DNA from: Myxococcales bacterium
Lineage (GTDB): Bacteria > Myxococcota_A > UBA9042 > GCA-2863065
Length of the DNA: 64,000 bases
Direction of reading: 5' to 3'
Assembly (NCBI GenBank): GCA_018780435.1
Contig: JADMJS010000157.1
Location: 621 to 64,620, forward strand
A program made the position numbers and the translations under genes. This document shows, piece after piece, positions 56,028 through 64,000 of this stretch (within the stretch, counting starts at the first letter, position 1; the number at the start of each line of letters is the position of its first letter). The notes under the pieces were generated by a model. The model worked only from the letters and a program-made list of their open reading frames with translations, ran no database searches and had not been told where the DNA came from.

Positions 56028-58199
56028 ATGGGTTCGCCAGAGCCACCTAAAGATACCCCCGTTCCCAAGTCCCGACGCGACCGCGGTCGCAACACGTCGG
56101 ACGACTTGAGTCCGTTGCCTGCGGTCGGGGACGACGCCGGTCACCTCCCCACTCGGCGTGCAACGCGGCACACGCGGGCCATCGCCGCCCGCGACGAACA
56201 CGAACACGAGGACGGGAATGCGGGCCATGCCCACCGGGCCGAGCCGAAGGACCAGAAGGCCTTTCTGTTGCTCGCGCTCGCGGCGCTCGGCGTGGTCTAC
56301 GGCGACATCGGCACCAGCCCGCTCTATGCGGTCAACGACATCTTCTTCGGGCACTCGCCCATCGAGCTGAGTCAGGACGCCGCGCTCGGCTCCACCAGCC
56401 TCATCCTGTGGGCCATCACCATTGTCGTGACGGTTAAGTATGTGTGGTTCGTGTTGCAAGCCGACCACCATGGCGAAGGCGGCGTGTTCGCGCTCCTCGC
56501 GCTCCTGCAAGAGAAAGGCGGCAAGGCCGTCCTGATCATGACACCGGTCCTCATCCTGGCGGCCGGGCTCCTCTATGGCGACGGGCTCATCACGCCCGCC
56601 ATATCGGTATTGGGCGCCATCGAGGGGATCAAGCTCGCGGCCCCGAACCTCGGGCCGTACATCGTCACTATCGCGGTCGTCATCATCACGGGGCTCTTTG
56701 CGTTTCAGTCACGAGGGACTGAGCGCGTTGGCCGCCTCTTCGGGCCCGTGGTCCTCGTCTGGTTCTTTGCGATCGCCGTCGTAGGCACCGTTCAGATCGC
56801 GCTGCACCCTCAGATCCTGGCGGCCTGGAACCCGATCTACGCGGTGCGATTCCTGATGAGCGACGGCGGCGCACACGCACTCGGCGTGATGGGCTCCGTC
56901 ATCCTCGTCGTCACCGGCGGAGAAGCGCTCTACGCCGACATGGGCCACTTCGGAAAGAAGCCGATTCGCGCCGCTTGGCTCAAGGCGGTCTACCCTGCCC
57001 TGATCGTGAACTACCTCGGCCAGGGCGCGTACATCTACGGCGGCGAGCCCGTTCGCGCGGGCAACATCTTCTACAGCTTGGTGCCGGACTGGGGCCTCAT
57101 CCCCATGATCGTCGTCGCGACGTCGGCGGCCATCATCGCGAGCCAAGCGCTCATCACGGGCGCTTACAGCCTGACTCAGCAGGCAATCGCGCTCGGCCTC
57201 TTTCCGCGCTTTCAGATCGTGCACACGAGCGGTGACAACGAGGGGCAGATCTACCTCCCCTTCATCAACCGTTGCCTCTGGGCCGGCTGCGTTCTCTTGG
57301 TCATCGGCTTCAAGGAGAGCGTTCGACTCGCCGCGGCCTACGGCCTCGCCGTCGCGGGGGTCATGTTGGCCACATCCATCGCGATGATGGTCATCTCGAA
57401 CCAGCGCTGGGGCTGGCCGAAGTGGCGGTCCGCGCTCGTCTTCGTGCCGCTGGCGGCCATCGACGTGCTCTTCCTCGCGGCGAACAGCCTCAAGTTCTTC
57501 GACGGCGGGTGGGTCCCGCTCCTCATCGGCGGCGTGCTCTTCATCATCATGACGACGTGGTACTGGGGCCGCGAGCAGCTCGCCGACTCCTACCGCCGCT
57601 ACTCGTCGGAGTCGATGACGGTCGAAGAGCTCATCCGCCAAAAGGCGCAAGCCGGTGAAGTCCCGCAGCTCCCGCGCAGCATCGTCTTCATGGCGAGCCG
57701 TTCGGTGGACGACGTCACCGACCGCGTCCCAACACTGCTTCAGCTCTTCTTCGATCGTTATGGTGCGCTCCCGAAACACATCATCTTCCTGACGGTGCGT
57801 CAGGAGCACGTGCCCTTCGTGCGCCCCGCCGAACGATACCGCCTCATCACCTTCGACACCGACGGCAAACACGGCACGGTGATGAGTGTGCAGGCCAGCT
57901 ACGGCTACATGGAGCGTCCCGAAGTCCGCAAGGACCTCTCCGCGCTCAAGGGCTACCGCCGCGTCAAGATGCCCGGCGACCCCCGCCGCTGGCTGGTCCT
58001 CGCCGGTCAGGAGAATGTGCTGGTCTCCGAAGACCAGACCCTGCTCTACCGGCTCCGCATGGCGCTCTTCCGAATCACGCTGCGAAACTCGGCGCCCGCG
58101 TGGCAGTATTTCGGCTTCGGCGCCGACTCGGGCGTCACGACCGAGACCATCCACGTCCGCCCGCGGAGCACGCCACCGCCGGAGCCGGAGCCGTTCTAG
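56028..58199 (+). CDS. kup: KUP/HAK/KT potassium transporter
   Basis: LGVVYGDIGTSPLY, GEGGVFAL, DGLITPAISV, TGGEALYADMGHFG and GQIYLP. Confidence 0.97.
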   Translation: MGSPEPPKDTPVPKSRRDRGRNTSDDLSPLPAVGDDAGHLPTRRATRHTRAIAARDEHEHEDGNAGHAHRAEPKDQKAFLLLALAALGVVYGDIGTSPLYAVNDIFFGHSPIELSQDAALGSTSLILWAITIVVTVKYVWFVLQADHHGEGGVFALLALLQEKGGKAVLIMTPVLILAAGLLYGDGLITPAISVLGAIEGIKLAAPNLGPYIVTIAVVIITGLFAFQSRGTERVGRLFGPVVLVWFFAIAVVGTVQIALHPQILAAWNPIYAVRFLMSDGGAHALGVMGSVILVVTGGEALYADMGHFGKKPIRAAWLKAVYPALIVNYLGQGAYIYGGEPVRAGNIFYSLVPDWGLIPMIVVATSAAIIASQALITGAYSLTQQAIALGLFPRFQIVHTSGDNEGQIYLPFINRCLWAGCVLLVIGFKESVRLAAAYGLAVAGVMLATSIAMMVISNQRWGWPKWRSALVFVPLAAIDVLFLAANSLKFFDGGWVPLLIGGVLFIIMTTWYWGREQLADSYRRYSSESMTVEELIRQKAQAGEVPQLPRSIVFMASRSVDDVTDRVPTLLQLFFDRYGALPKHIIFLTVRQEHVPFVRPAERYRLITFDTDGKHGTVMSVQASYGYMERPEVRKDLSALKGYRRVKMPGDPRRWLVLAGQENVLVSEDQTLLYRLRMALFRITLRNSAPAWQYFGFGADSGVTTETIHVRPRSTPPPEPEPF

Positions 58200-58273
58200 C
58201 CGCCGCGCCTCCCTCCTGTCTCGACGCGTGTGATTTCCATGACCAGCCGGTCTTTCCTTCAGGAGGGTCATCG

Positions 58274-58287
58274 TGGGCCGAAGCCCA
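58274..58287 (-). terminator. C(UUCG)G hairpin between the convergent kup and ATPase genes
   Basis: Minus strand TGGGC-TTCG-GCCCA, about 60 bp after the ATPase stop; no U-tract. Confidence 0.35.
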
Positions 58288-58347
58288 AGTTCTAGGGCAG
58301 GGCGACCTCGACGAGCCGGCGGGCTTCGCACTAATTGGTCGACGGCG

Positions 58348-59880
58348 CTACCGCTCGACGACCTCGCGCAGCTCGTCACACTGAGAGAGAGCAAACTGCT
58401 GTTGTTCTCTGGTCATCTTCGACTTGGTGGCGCACTTGAGGACCCACGACTCTTCATCCTCGCTGGCATTCGTCGCGTACATTGACAGCACTACCAATTT
58501 CAACAGGTCCGAATCCAACCCGGCTCTCCTCCCCATGCTCAAATCCCGGATCACCGGCCACCACGTGGCATCCCGCGAGGCAATGGCGCACCACGAGATG
58601 TACTCGAGCAGCCAGCGCTCGGTCGGTGGGCCGAGGGCCAAGTCGTGGATTCCCTGAAGCGCCCTGAAGAACTTCGGAGAGCGATCCAAAGGCGGAGCTC
58701 GGGCGCTATGTGGTGAGGGTTCGAACTTGCCCCGTACCCAGGAGAAGTCGACACCGGGTACCACAGAGCTAACGTCCTCGACGATCACGATCATCTGCCG
58801 TCGATAGACGCCCGCCGATCTCAATAGGCCCTCTGCCGTCCGTCGGACGACATCGGACGCCCGTTCCCACTGTTCGAACTGGACGATTCCCGACTCGCCG
58901 TCGATGGCCTGCCACATGTCGGCGTGAGGAGAGAGTCCCGCTAGGTTCACGGGGTGCACATGGACACCGGCGGCAACGGCGACCTGCACTAGCGCTGTCG
59001 ATTCTCCCAGCCCAGCCACGATGGCCCAACTACCCCGAAGCAAGAGCGGAACATCCGGGCCTCTCGGGATGAGTATCGGGGGAAGCTCCTTCCTCGCAGT
59101 GATCTCTGGCGCGCCACGGGCGACCGCCGCGAAGTCGGGCCAGACTTCGAGGCGACGACGTCGAACTCCGTAACTATGTGGACCCGGCAGGCTCAGGGAG
59201 TGTCGGCTCTTGGTCAGGAGGAGTTGCGTGGACAGCTGGCGCGACTCAGGGTCGAGGCCACGCTCCAAGCGAAAGACGACATCGCAGACGAACTCATGAA
59301 GTCCCACCGAGCGGTCATTGGACTCCACGATCACAACGGGGCTGACGCCCATGCGTTGCTCCAAGCCGTGAACCCAACTCGCAAAATCAACTCGGGAGAC
59401 TCCAGGACTCCCATCTTCGACGAGGACCCCATCGAGAAGCACTGAGCGTATGGGCAGGTCGGTAGTAGAATCCTCGACGCGCTGCCACACCTCGTCGAGC
59501 GCCGCAGACAGGAGTTCTCCGCTGGTGGGTGCTTCATCACCACCAACGGGCTTGGGCAATGTGACCACATGGACGAGTCCGTCCGAGTCTATCGCACTTG
59601 ACGGGAGTCCGAGGAGCGCCGCTTTGTGCACAATCTCCGCTGGACTCGACTCCACGAGGAGCACCAACGTCCGGCCACCGCCAGAACTCGCGATGGCATG
59701 AGCCACAGCCAAGCCCAACGTCGTCTTTCCGGTTCCGGCGGCGCCCACGATGGCGACGGAGGTGCTCGGCGGTTGCCCAGCAGCCTTGGCTACCAACGGA
59801 AGCCCCTCTGGAACGAAGACGTTCTCGAGTCGTCCAATGGAAAACGACGTCACTCGACTGGTGGCGGGGTCCGACTTCAC
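58348..59880 (-). CDS. KaiC/RAD55-like RecA-superfamily ATPase with a degenerate second domain
   Basis: Walker A GAAGTGKT, Walker B VLLDG, EFVCDVVFRL and LLLTKSR...GPHSY...LEVWP; a second RGSWAIVAG segment lacks GKT. Confidence 0.75.
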   Translation of the reverse strand: MKSDPATSRVTSFSIGRLENVFVPEGLPLVAKAAGQPPSTSVAIVGAAGTGKTTLGLAVAHAIASSGGGRTLVLLVESSPAEIVHKAALLGLPSSAIDSDGLVHVVTLPKPVGGDEAPTSGELLSAALDEVWQRVEDSTTDLPIRSVLLDGVLVEDGSPGVSRVDFASWVHGLEQRMGVSPVVIVESNDRSVGLHEFVCDVVFRLERGLDPESRQLSTQLLLTKSRHSLSLPGPHSYGVRRRRLEVWPDFAAVARGAPEITARKELPPILIPRGPDVPLLLRGSWAIVAGLGESTALVQVAVAAGVHVHPVNLAGLSPHADMWQAIDGESGIVQFEQWERASDVVRRTAEGLLRSAGVYRRQMIVIVEDVSSVVPGVDFSWVRGKFEPSPHSARAPPLDRSPKFFRALQGIHDLALGPPTERWLLEYISWCAIASRDATWWPVIRDLSMGRRAGLDSDLLKLVVLSMYATNASEDEESWVLKCATKSKMTREQQQFALSQCDELREVVER

Positions 59881-59942
59881 CGCACTAGTCCAGAAATGAA
59901 GCGTGGCCGCGGCGGCCGGCCTTGGGCAGCGTAAACTGACGC

Positions 59943-60554
59943 CTACTCCCCCCTCAGCAGACGATCAAAGTCGGCATAGCCGTCGCCAAGCTCCAACACT
60001 GCTCGGCCCCGTAGCTCGTTCAGACCGTCATGGTCACCCTTGGCCATGAGGATTCTGCCTCGCAGCGCGGACATCTCCGGGGTTGGTTCCAGTCCAAGCG
60101 CTTCCGCCTGTCGAGCCTCTCTCTCAGCGGCCTCGAGATCTCCCTTCTTCAACCAGGCCTCAGCCCATCGTCGCGAGGAGGTGTAGACGTTCTCCCGCTG
60201 CGGGCGGGCCGCGCTTGCGTCAACGAGGAACACTGAACTCTCTCCGCGCTCCAGAACGAGCCAGCTGTGAAGTTCCCTGCGTAGATCTGGATGCGAAAAG
60301 CCGCGACGTACAATCCACACTGCCGGATGGGCAGGTAATTTCTGGGCGGTATCGAATCGAAAGGCGCCACCCTGATTGATCAGAATCTCCAGTTCGGCGA
60401 CGTCCATCGGCTCGCCTTCGGGTCGCCCCAACCCCGAGAAGCCACTTACTAACAGCATTCCCCCGGACTCGAGGACGGCGATCGGCCGGCCCGTCGCGAA
60501 GGTACTTCGACCGCACAAGGCCCCGGTCGTAGCGATAGCCCTGATCTCAGACAT
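59943..60554 (-). CDS. Hypothetical protein with C-terminal TPR-like helices
   Basis: AEAWLKKGDLEAAEREARQAEAL...ALRGRILMAKGD; overlaps the upstream gene by 8 bp. Confidence 0.65.
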   Translation of the reverse strand: MSEIRAIATTGALCGRSTFATGRPIAVLESGGMLLVSGFSGLGRPEGEPMDVAELEILINQGGAFRFDTAQKLPAHPAVWIVRRGFSHPDLRRELHSWLVLERGESSVFLVDASAARPQRENVYTSSRRWAEAWLKKGDLEAAEREARQAEALGLEPTPEMSALRGRILMAKGDHDGLNELRGRAVLELGDGYADFDRLLRGE

Positions 60555-61317
60555 TCGCGTCGGCTCCTCTTGGTCCCCAGTTCATCCTGATCACGTAAGT
60601 CGCGATGCGCTCCGTAAATGTCGCTCCGTATCCCGACGTAGGCAACGCGACGATGCGAGAGCGTAGCGGTGCGCCCGGAGGCAGTTCATCGAGAAGCTCA
60701 TCTCTGTCAGCCGTCGACTCAGCAATGACCAACATCACCTCGACGCCACCGAGGTCGACTCCGCTGGTTCGCTGCACTTCCACAGTCCAGGACCGCCGAT
60801 CCCCGCCCGTTAGGCCGTGGTAAGGATCTCGATCGGGCGACGCGTCCTGGTCGGCCCTCAAGTACCTCGGTGCGGACTCGAAGTGTGTCTTTACATAGAA
60901 GGAGACGAACTCGTCCAAGTCCGCCTCTGGCCCAACGTGTTGCTCGATGAACGCCGCGGGAGAATATGGTGCAGTGGTTCCATGGGTCCATTTCGGCACG
61001 GCGAAGCCAAGAGCCACAGCGCCGGTATCGAAAGGCGTGTAAGTTCCGGCATTCGAACCGGACCTGCAAAGTATGGCGTATTGACCCTTCGGATAAGCGC
61101 CCACACCGACGAAGAAGTAGGCATGCGCGTCAGCACCGAGTGCCGCGGCTGCGGCCGCGGGGGAAGGGCGAGTCGCGATGATGCCGCTTCGGAATAGATC
61201 CAACGACGCCGTCCGGTGGACGAGCGGGAGTGGAGGGAGCGGATCTGCGGTCTTCAGTAGCGGTTCCCAGTACTTGCCACGAATCCTGGCTCTCTGGTGT
61301 TCGAGGGACGCCAACAT
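60547..61317 (-). CDS. Hypothetical protein, possible ADP-ribosyltransferase-like fold
   Basis: LVHRT...GII, AYFFVG..AY, PFDTGA and RRSWTVEVQ. Start is probably ATG 61317, because 61380 lies inside a hairpin. Confidence 0.65.
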   Translation of the reverse strand: MLASLEHQRARIRGKYWEPLLKTADPLPPLPLVHRTASLDLFRSGIIATRPSPAAAAAALGADAHAYFFVGVGAYPKGQYAILCRSGSNAGTYTPFDTGAVALGFAVPKWTHGTTAPYSPAAFIEQHVGPEADLDEFVSFYVKTHFESAPRYLRADQDASPDRDPYHGLTGGDRRSWTVEVQRTSGVDLGGVEVMLVIAESTADRDELLDELPPGAPLRSRIVALPTSGYGATFTERIATYVIRMNWGPRGADANV

Positions 61318-61349
61318 CTCTGAAATGCTGCCAGTCCGAGTGGAAGCGC

Positions 61350-61378
61350 GCAAGGGCGGCGGTTCTCGCCGCCCTTGC
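61350..61378 (-). terminator. Strong hairpin just downstream of gdhA
   Basis: GCAAGGGCGGCG-N5-CGCCGCCCTTGC, a 12 bp perfect stem about 10 bp after the stop; weak U-tract. Confidence 0.65.
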
Positions 61379-61387
61379 ACGGCTTGG

Positions 61388-62917
61388 TTACTGTGAGAAA
61401 CCTTCGAGCGAGTAGTGGCTCTTGATGCGCTCGAGCGCCAGCGCCATCGCGGCTTCGCGGACCGTGATGGGCTTGCCGATCGTGCGGATGAGCTGGCTGA
61501 ACTGCGGGTGACGGGCAGACGTACGGCCCTCGGCGATGTCGAGGATGAGCCCGTAATTGTCCTGCATGCAGTTCTCGAGACGGGTGTTCACCTCCTCGAG
61601 GGTCCATGCCGACATCTGAAGGTTCTGCACCCACTCGTAGTAGGACACGGTCACGCCGCCCGCGTTGCAGATGACGTCCGGGATGATGTGGACGCCCTTG
61701 CGGAGCAGGATCGGTTCGGCGGCCGCTTGCGTGGGGCCATTGGCGCCCTCCGCGATGAGCTTGACCTTCATGTTCTCGGCGATATCGGGCGTGATGACGT
61801 CTTGGAGCGCCGCCGGGATGGCGATGTCGGCCTGCGTGCGCCAGAACTGCGCTTCGGTGATGGCGTCGGCCCCACGGAAGTTCGCGACGGTGCGGCGGAC
61901 GTTGCCGGGGTCAGTGCAGTGCTCGTCGAGCGCCGCGATGTCGATGCCGTCGCCGTTGGCGATAGCGCCCCAACGGTCCTGGACCGCGACGCACTTGTGG
62001 CCGCGCTCGACGAGGAGCTTGGCGGCCCAGCTCCCCACGTTGCCGTAGCCCTGAACGATGAAGGAGCAGGGCCGGGCCACCTCGGGGTGGCGCTTCAGCC
62101 ACTCTTCGATGCAGATCATCACGCCGCGGCCGGTCGCTTCGTTGCGTCCGAGTGAACCGCCGATGCGGACGTCCTTGCCGGTGATGACGGCGCGGAGCGC
62201 ATGGCGATCGCGTTCACCGTCCGAGTACTGGCGGTACATCCAGCCCATGATCTGGCTGTTGGTCCCCATGTCGGGCGCCGGGATGTCGTAGTAGGGGCCG
62301 ATGATGCTCTTGAGCTTGTAGACGAAGCGCGTGGAGATGCGCTCGAGCTCGCGCTGAGAGAAGTTCTCCGGGTCGATGCGCACGCCGCCCTTGCCGCCGC
62401 CGAAGGGCACACCCGCGATGGCCGTCTTCCAGGTCATCTCGGCCGCGAGCAGCTTGAAGAGGTCGATGTGGACGTCTTGGTGAAAGCGAAGTCCACCCTT
62501 GTACGGGCCACGCGCGTTGTTGTGCTGCACGCGGTAGCCCTTGAACTGGCGGGGCTCGCCCTTGACGAGGCGATAGACCTTGCCGTCCTTCAGGCGGAGC
62601 GCGCCGTCGACGAGCGCGAGGTTGCCCTCGTCGAAGACGTTCGGATTGAAGACGACGTTGCCGTCGGCCAGCACCTCGAGCTTGTTCTCCACAATGAAGG
62701 GGCGGTCGAACACGATGTTCGACGCCGGCACGTGGGCGTAACGGCTGACCTCGGCGTCCGGGACGGGCCGAAGGCGGTCTTCGAGCTCGGCCGTGAAGTT
62801 GAGCATGACCTCCTTGGTAGGTTGGGCCAGCTCCAGGCGAACGCGCTGCGGCAGCTTGATGAGGTCCGCGACCCGATTGAAGAGCTGCATCTGCTCTTCA
62901 TAGATGATTCTTTCCAT
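61388..62917 (-). CDS. gdhA: Glu/Leu/Phe/Val dehydrogenase (glutamate dehydrogenase) with an N-terminal insertion
   Basis: GYRVQHNNARGPYKGGLRF, MTWK, GGGKGG, DIPAPDMGT, ATGRG, QGYGNVG, EGANGP and NAGGVTVSYYEWVQN. Confidence 0.93.
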   Translation of the reverse strand: MERIIYEEQMQLFNRVADLIKLPQRVRLELAQPTKEVMLNFTAELEDRLRPVPDAEVSRYAHVPASNIVFDRPFIVENKLEVLADGNVVFNPNVFDEGNLALVDGALRLKDGKVYRLVKGEPRQFKGYRVQHNNARGPYKGGLRFHQDVHIDLFKLLAAEMTWKTAIAGVPFGGGKGGVRIDPENFSQRELERISTRFVYKLKSIIGPYYDIPAPDMGTNSQIMGWMYRQYSDGERDRHALRAVITGKDVRIGGSLGRNEATGRGVMICIEEWLKRHPEVARPCSFIVQGYGNVGSWAAKLLVERGHKCVAVQDRWGAIANGDGIDIAALDEHCTDPGNVRRTVANFRGADAITEAQFWRTQADIAIPAALQDVITPDIAENMKVKLIAEGANGPTQAAAEPILLRKGVHIIPDVICNAGGVTVSYYEWVQNLQMSAWTLEEVNTRLENCMQDNYGLILDIAEGRTSARHPQFSQLIRTIGKPITVREAAMALALERIKSHYSLEGFSQ

Positions 62918-63024
62918 CGTGATTCCTCGTGTTCTCCAGGTCCTATCTCAGGGTCCGGGCCGAAGCCCGGATGGGGGTCGCGGCGACCGTCGCGAGCGAC
63001 GAGCGCGCTAGCGTGGGGGCGTCC

Positions 63025-64000
63025 TCAGTGGGCGGCCTTCTGTGCCGCCGGGAGGAGCACGTGAAATCGTGCGCCTTCGCCGGGCCGGCTGTGGAGCTTC
63101 ACTTCACCGCCGTGACGGTGGACGATGTCGCGGACGATGACGAGGCCGAGCCCAGTGCCGGCTTCGCGGGTCGTGACGTTGGGTTCGAAGACCGCTTCGT
63201 GGAGGTGGGCGGGGATACCGACGCCGTCGTCCGTGACCGTGATGCGGACTCGGGCCTCGGTCCCCGTCGTGTCGAGATCGGTCGTGACGTCGATGCGCCC
63301 GCGCCGATTCCCTTCCATCGCTTCAACCGCGTTGAGGATGAGGTTCTGGAGGACTTGGAACATGAGGTCCGAATCAGCGAGCACGTCGGGCAGGCTCTCG
63401 GCGAGGTGCGTCTCGAGCGAGGCCCACGAGGGCAGCCCTTTGTCCTGTGCGTACAGCTCGACGGCGTCCAAGACGAGCTTGTTGGGGCTTACGGGGAGCA
63501 GGACCGGGTCCGGGATTCGTGAGAAGCCGAGGAAGCTGCGCGCGAAGCGGTCGAGGCGGGCGAGCGCGTCGAGGACGATTCGCGCCATGCGGCGTGTCTC
63601 TTCGGGTTCGAGGCGCCCATCTTCGAGCCGGGCGACCAGGTGCTCGGTGACGAGGCCGAGGCCGGTGACCGAGTTCTTCATCTCGTGTGCGGCGATGGCG
63701 GCCATCCGCTTGAACGATTCGACCTCTTTCCGCTCGATGACGTCGGTGAGATCGCGGAAGACGATGACGTCGCCGAGCCGCCGACCGGTGCGGTCGATGA
63801 CGGGGCTGCCCGACACGCCGAAGCGCCCGGTGCGACCGTCGAGGAGCGGCAAGCGGACGTCGTCGAGGTGGCGCGTGCGGCGATCTCGGCTTCGGGCGCC
63901 ATCCGAATCGGCCCCGTCGGGCGGCGGGAGCACCTTCTCAAGTCCGAGCGTCGTGAGCCGCGACGGGATGTTGTCGCGTCCGATGAGGCGAGCGGCCATC
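63025..64000 (-). CDS. PAS-containing sensor histidine kinase, C-terminal part (runs off the window edge)
   Basis: VIVFRDLT, AAHEMKN, QVLQNLILNA, DDGVGI and GTGLGL. Confidence 0.92.
   Translation of the reverse strand, partial: MAARLIGRDNIPSRLTTLGLEKVLPPPDGADSDGARSRDRRTRHLDDVRLPLLDGRTGRFGVSGSPVIDRTGRRLGDVIVFRDLTDVIERKEVESFKRMAAIAAHEMKNSVTGLGLVTEHLVARLEDGRLEPEETRRMARIVLDALARLDRFARSFLGFSRIPDPVLLPVSPNKLVLDAVELYAQDKGLPSWASLETHLAESLPDVLADSDLMFQVLQNLILNAVEAMEGNRRGRIDVTTDLDTTGTEARVRITVTDDGVGIPAHLHEAVFEPNVTTREAGTGLGLVIVRDIVHRHGGEVKLHSRPGEGARFHVLLPAAQKAAH

Noticed and set aside
58348-59880. Circadian clock kaiC
   Set aside because: The second ATPase domain lacks a Walker A motif, no phosphosite motif is evident, and there is no kaiA or kaiB; only a KaiC-like fold is supported.

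Overview
GC-rich window that looks like a myxobacterium or another deltaproteobacterium (inferred from gene content and the Cys-rich secreted proteins). Both ends are mostly housekeeping: cysI (partial) and a LysR regulator, gpmI-rsmD-coaD, a LysM protein, selA, hrcA-grpE, queE, coaA, biotin carboxylase and carrier, pheS-pheT, thpR, kup, gdhA and a partial histidine kinase. The main finding is an 18 kb locus (17523-35404) of four secreted Cys-rich proteins. Together they carry two copies of a split, disulfide-rich dockerin-like N-terminal module and five copies of a cohesin-like beta-domain. Two lipoproteins have two cohesin-like domains each. A 2,780 aa rod has a dockerin-like N-terminus and a cohesin-like C-terminus. 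The fourth protein pairs the dockerin-like module with IPT/TIG repeats. This suggests a non-cellulolytic, cellulosome-like, extendable surface scaffold. A second candidate system is a compositionally atypical three-gene cassette (58348-61317): a possible ADP-ribosyltransferase-fold protein, a TPR-like protein and a KaiC-like ATPase. All domain calls were made by eye from motifs; no database searches were run.
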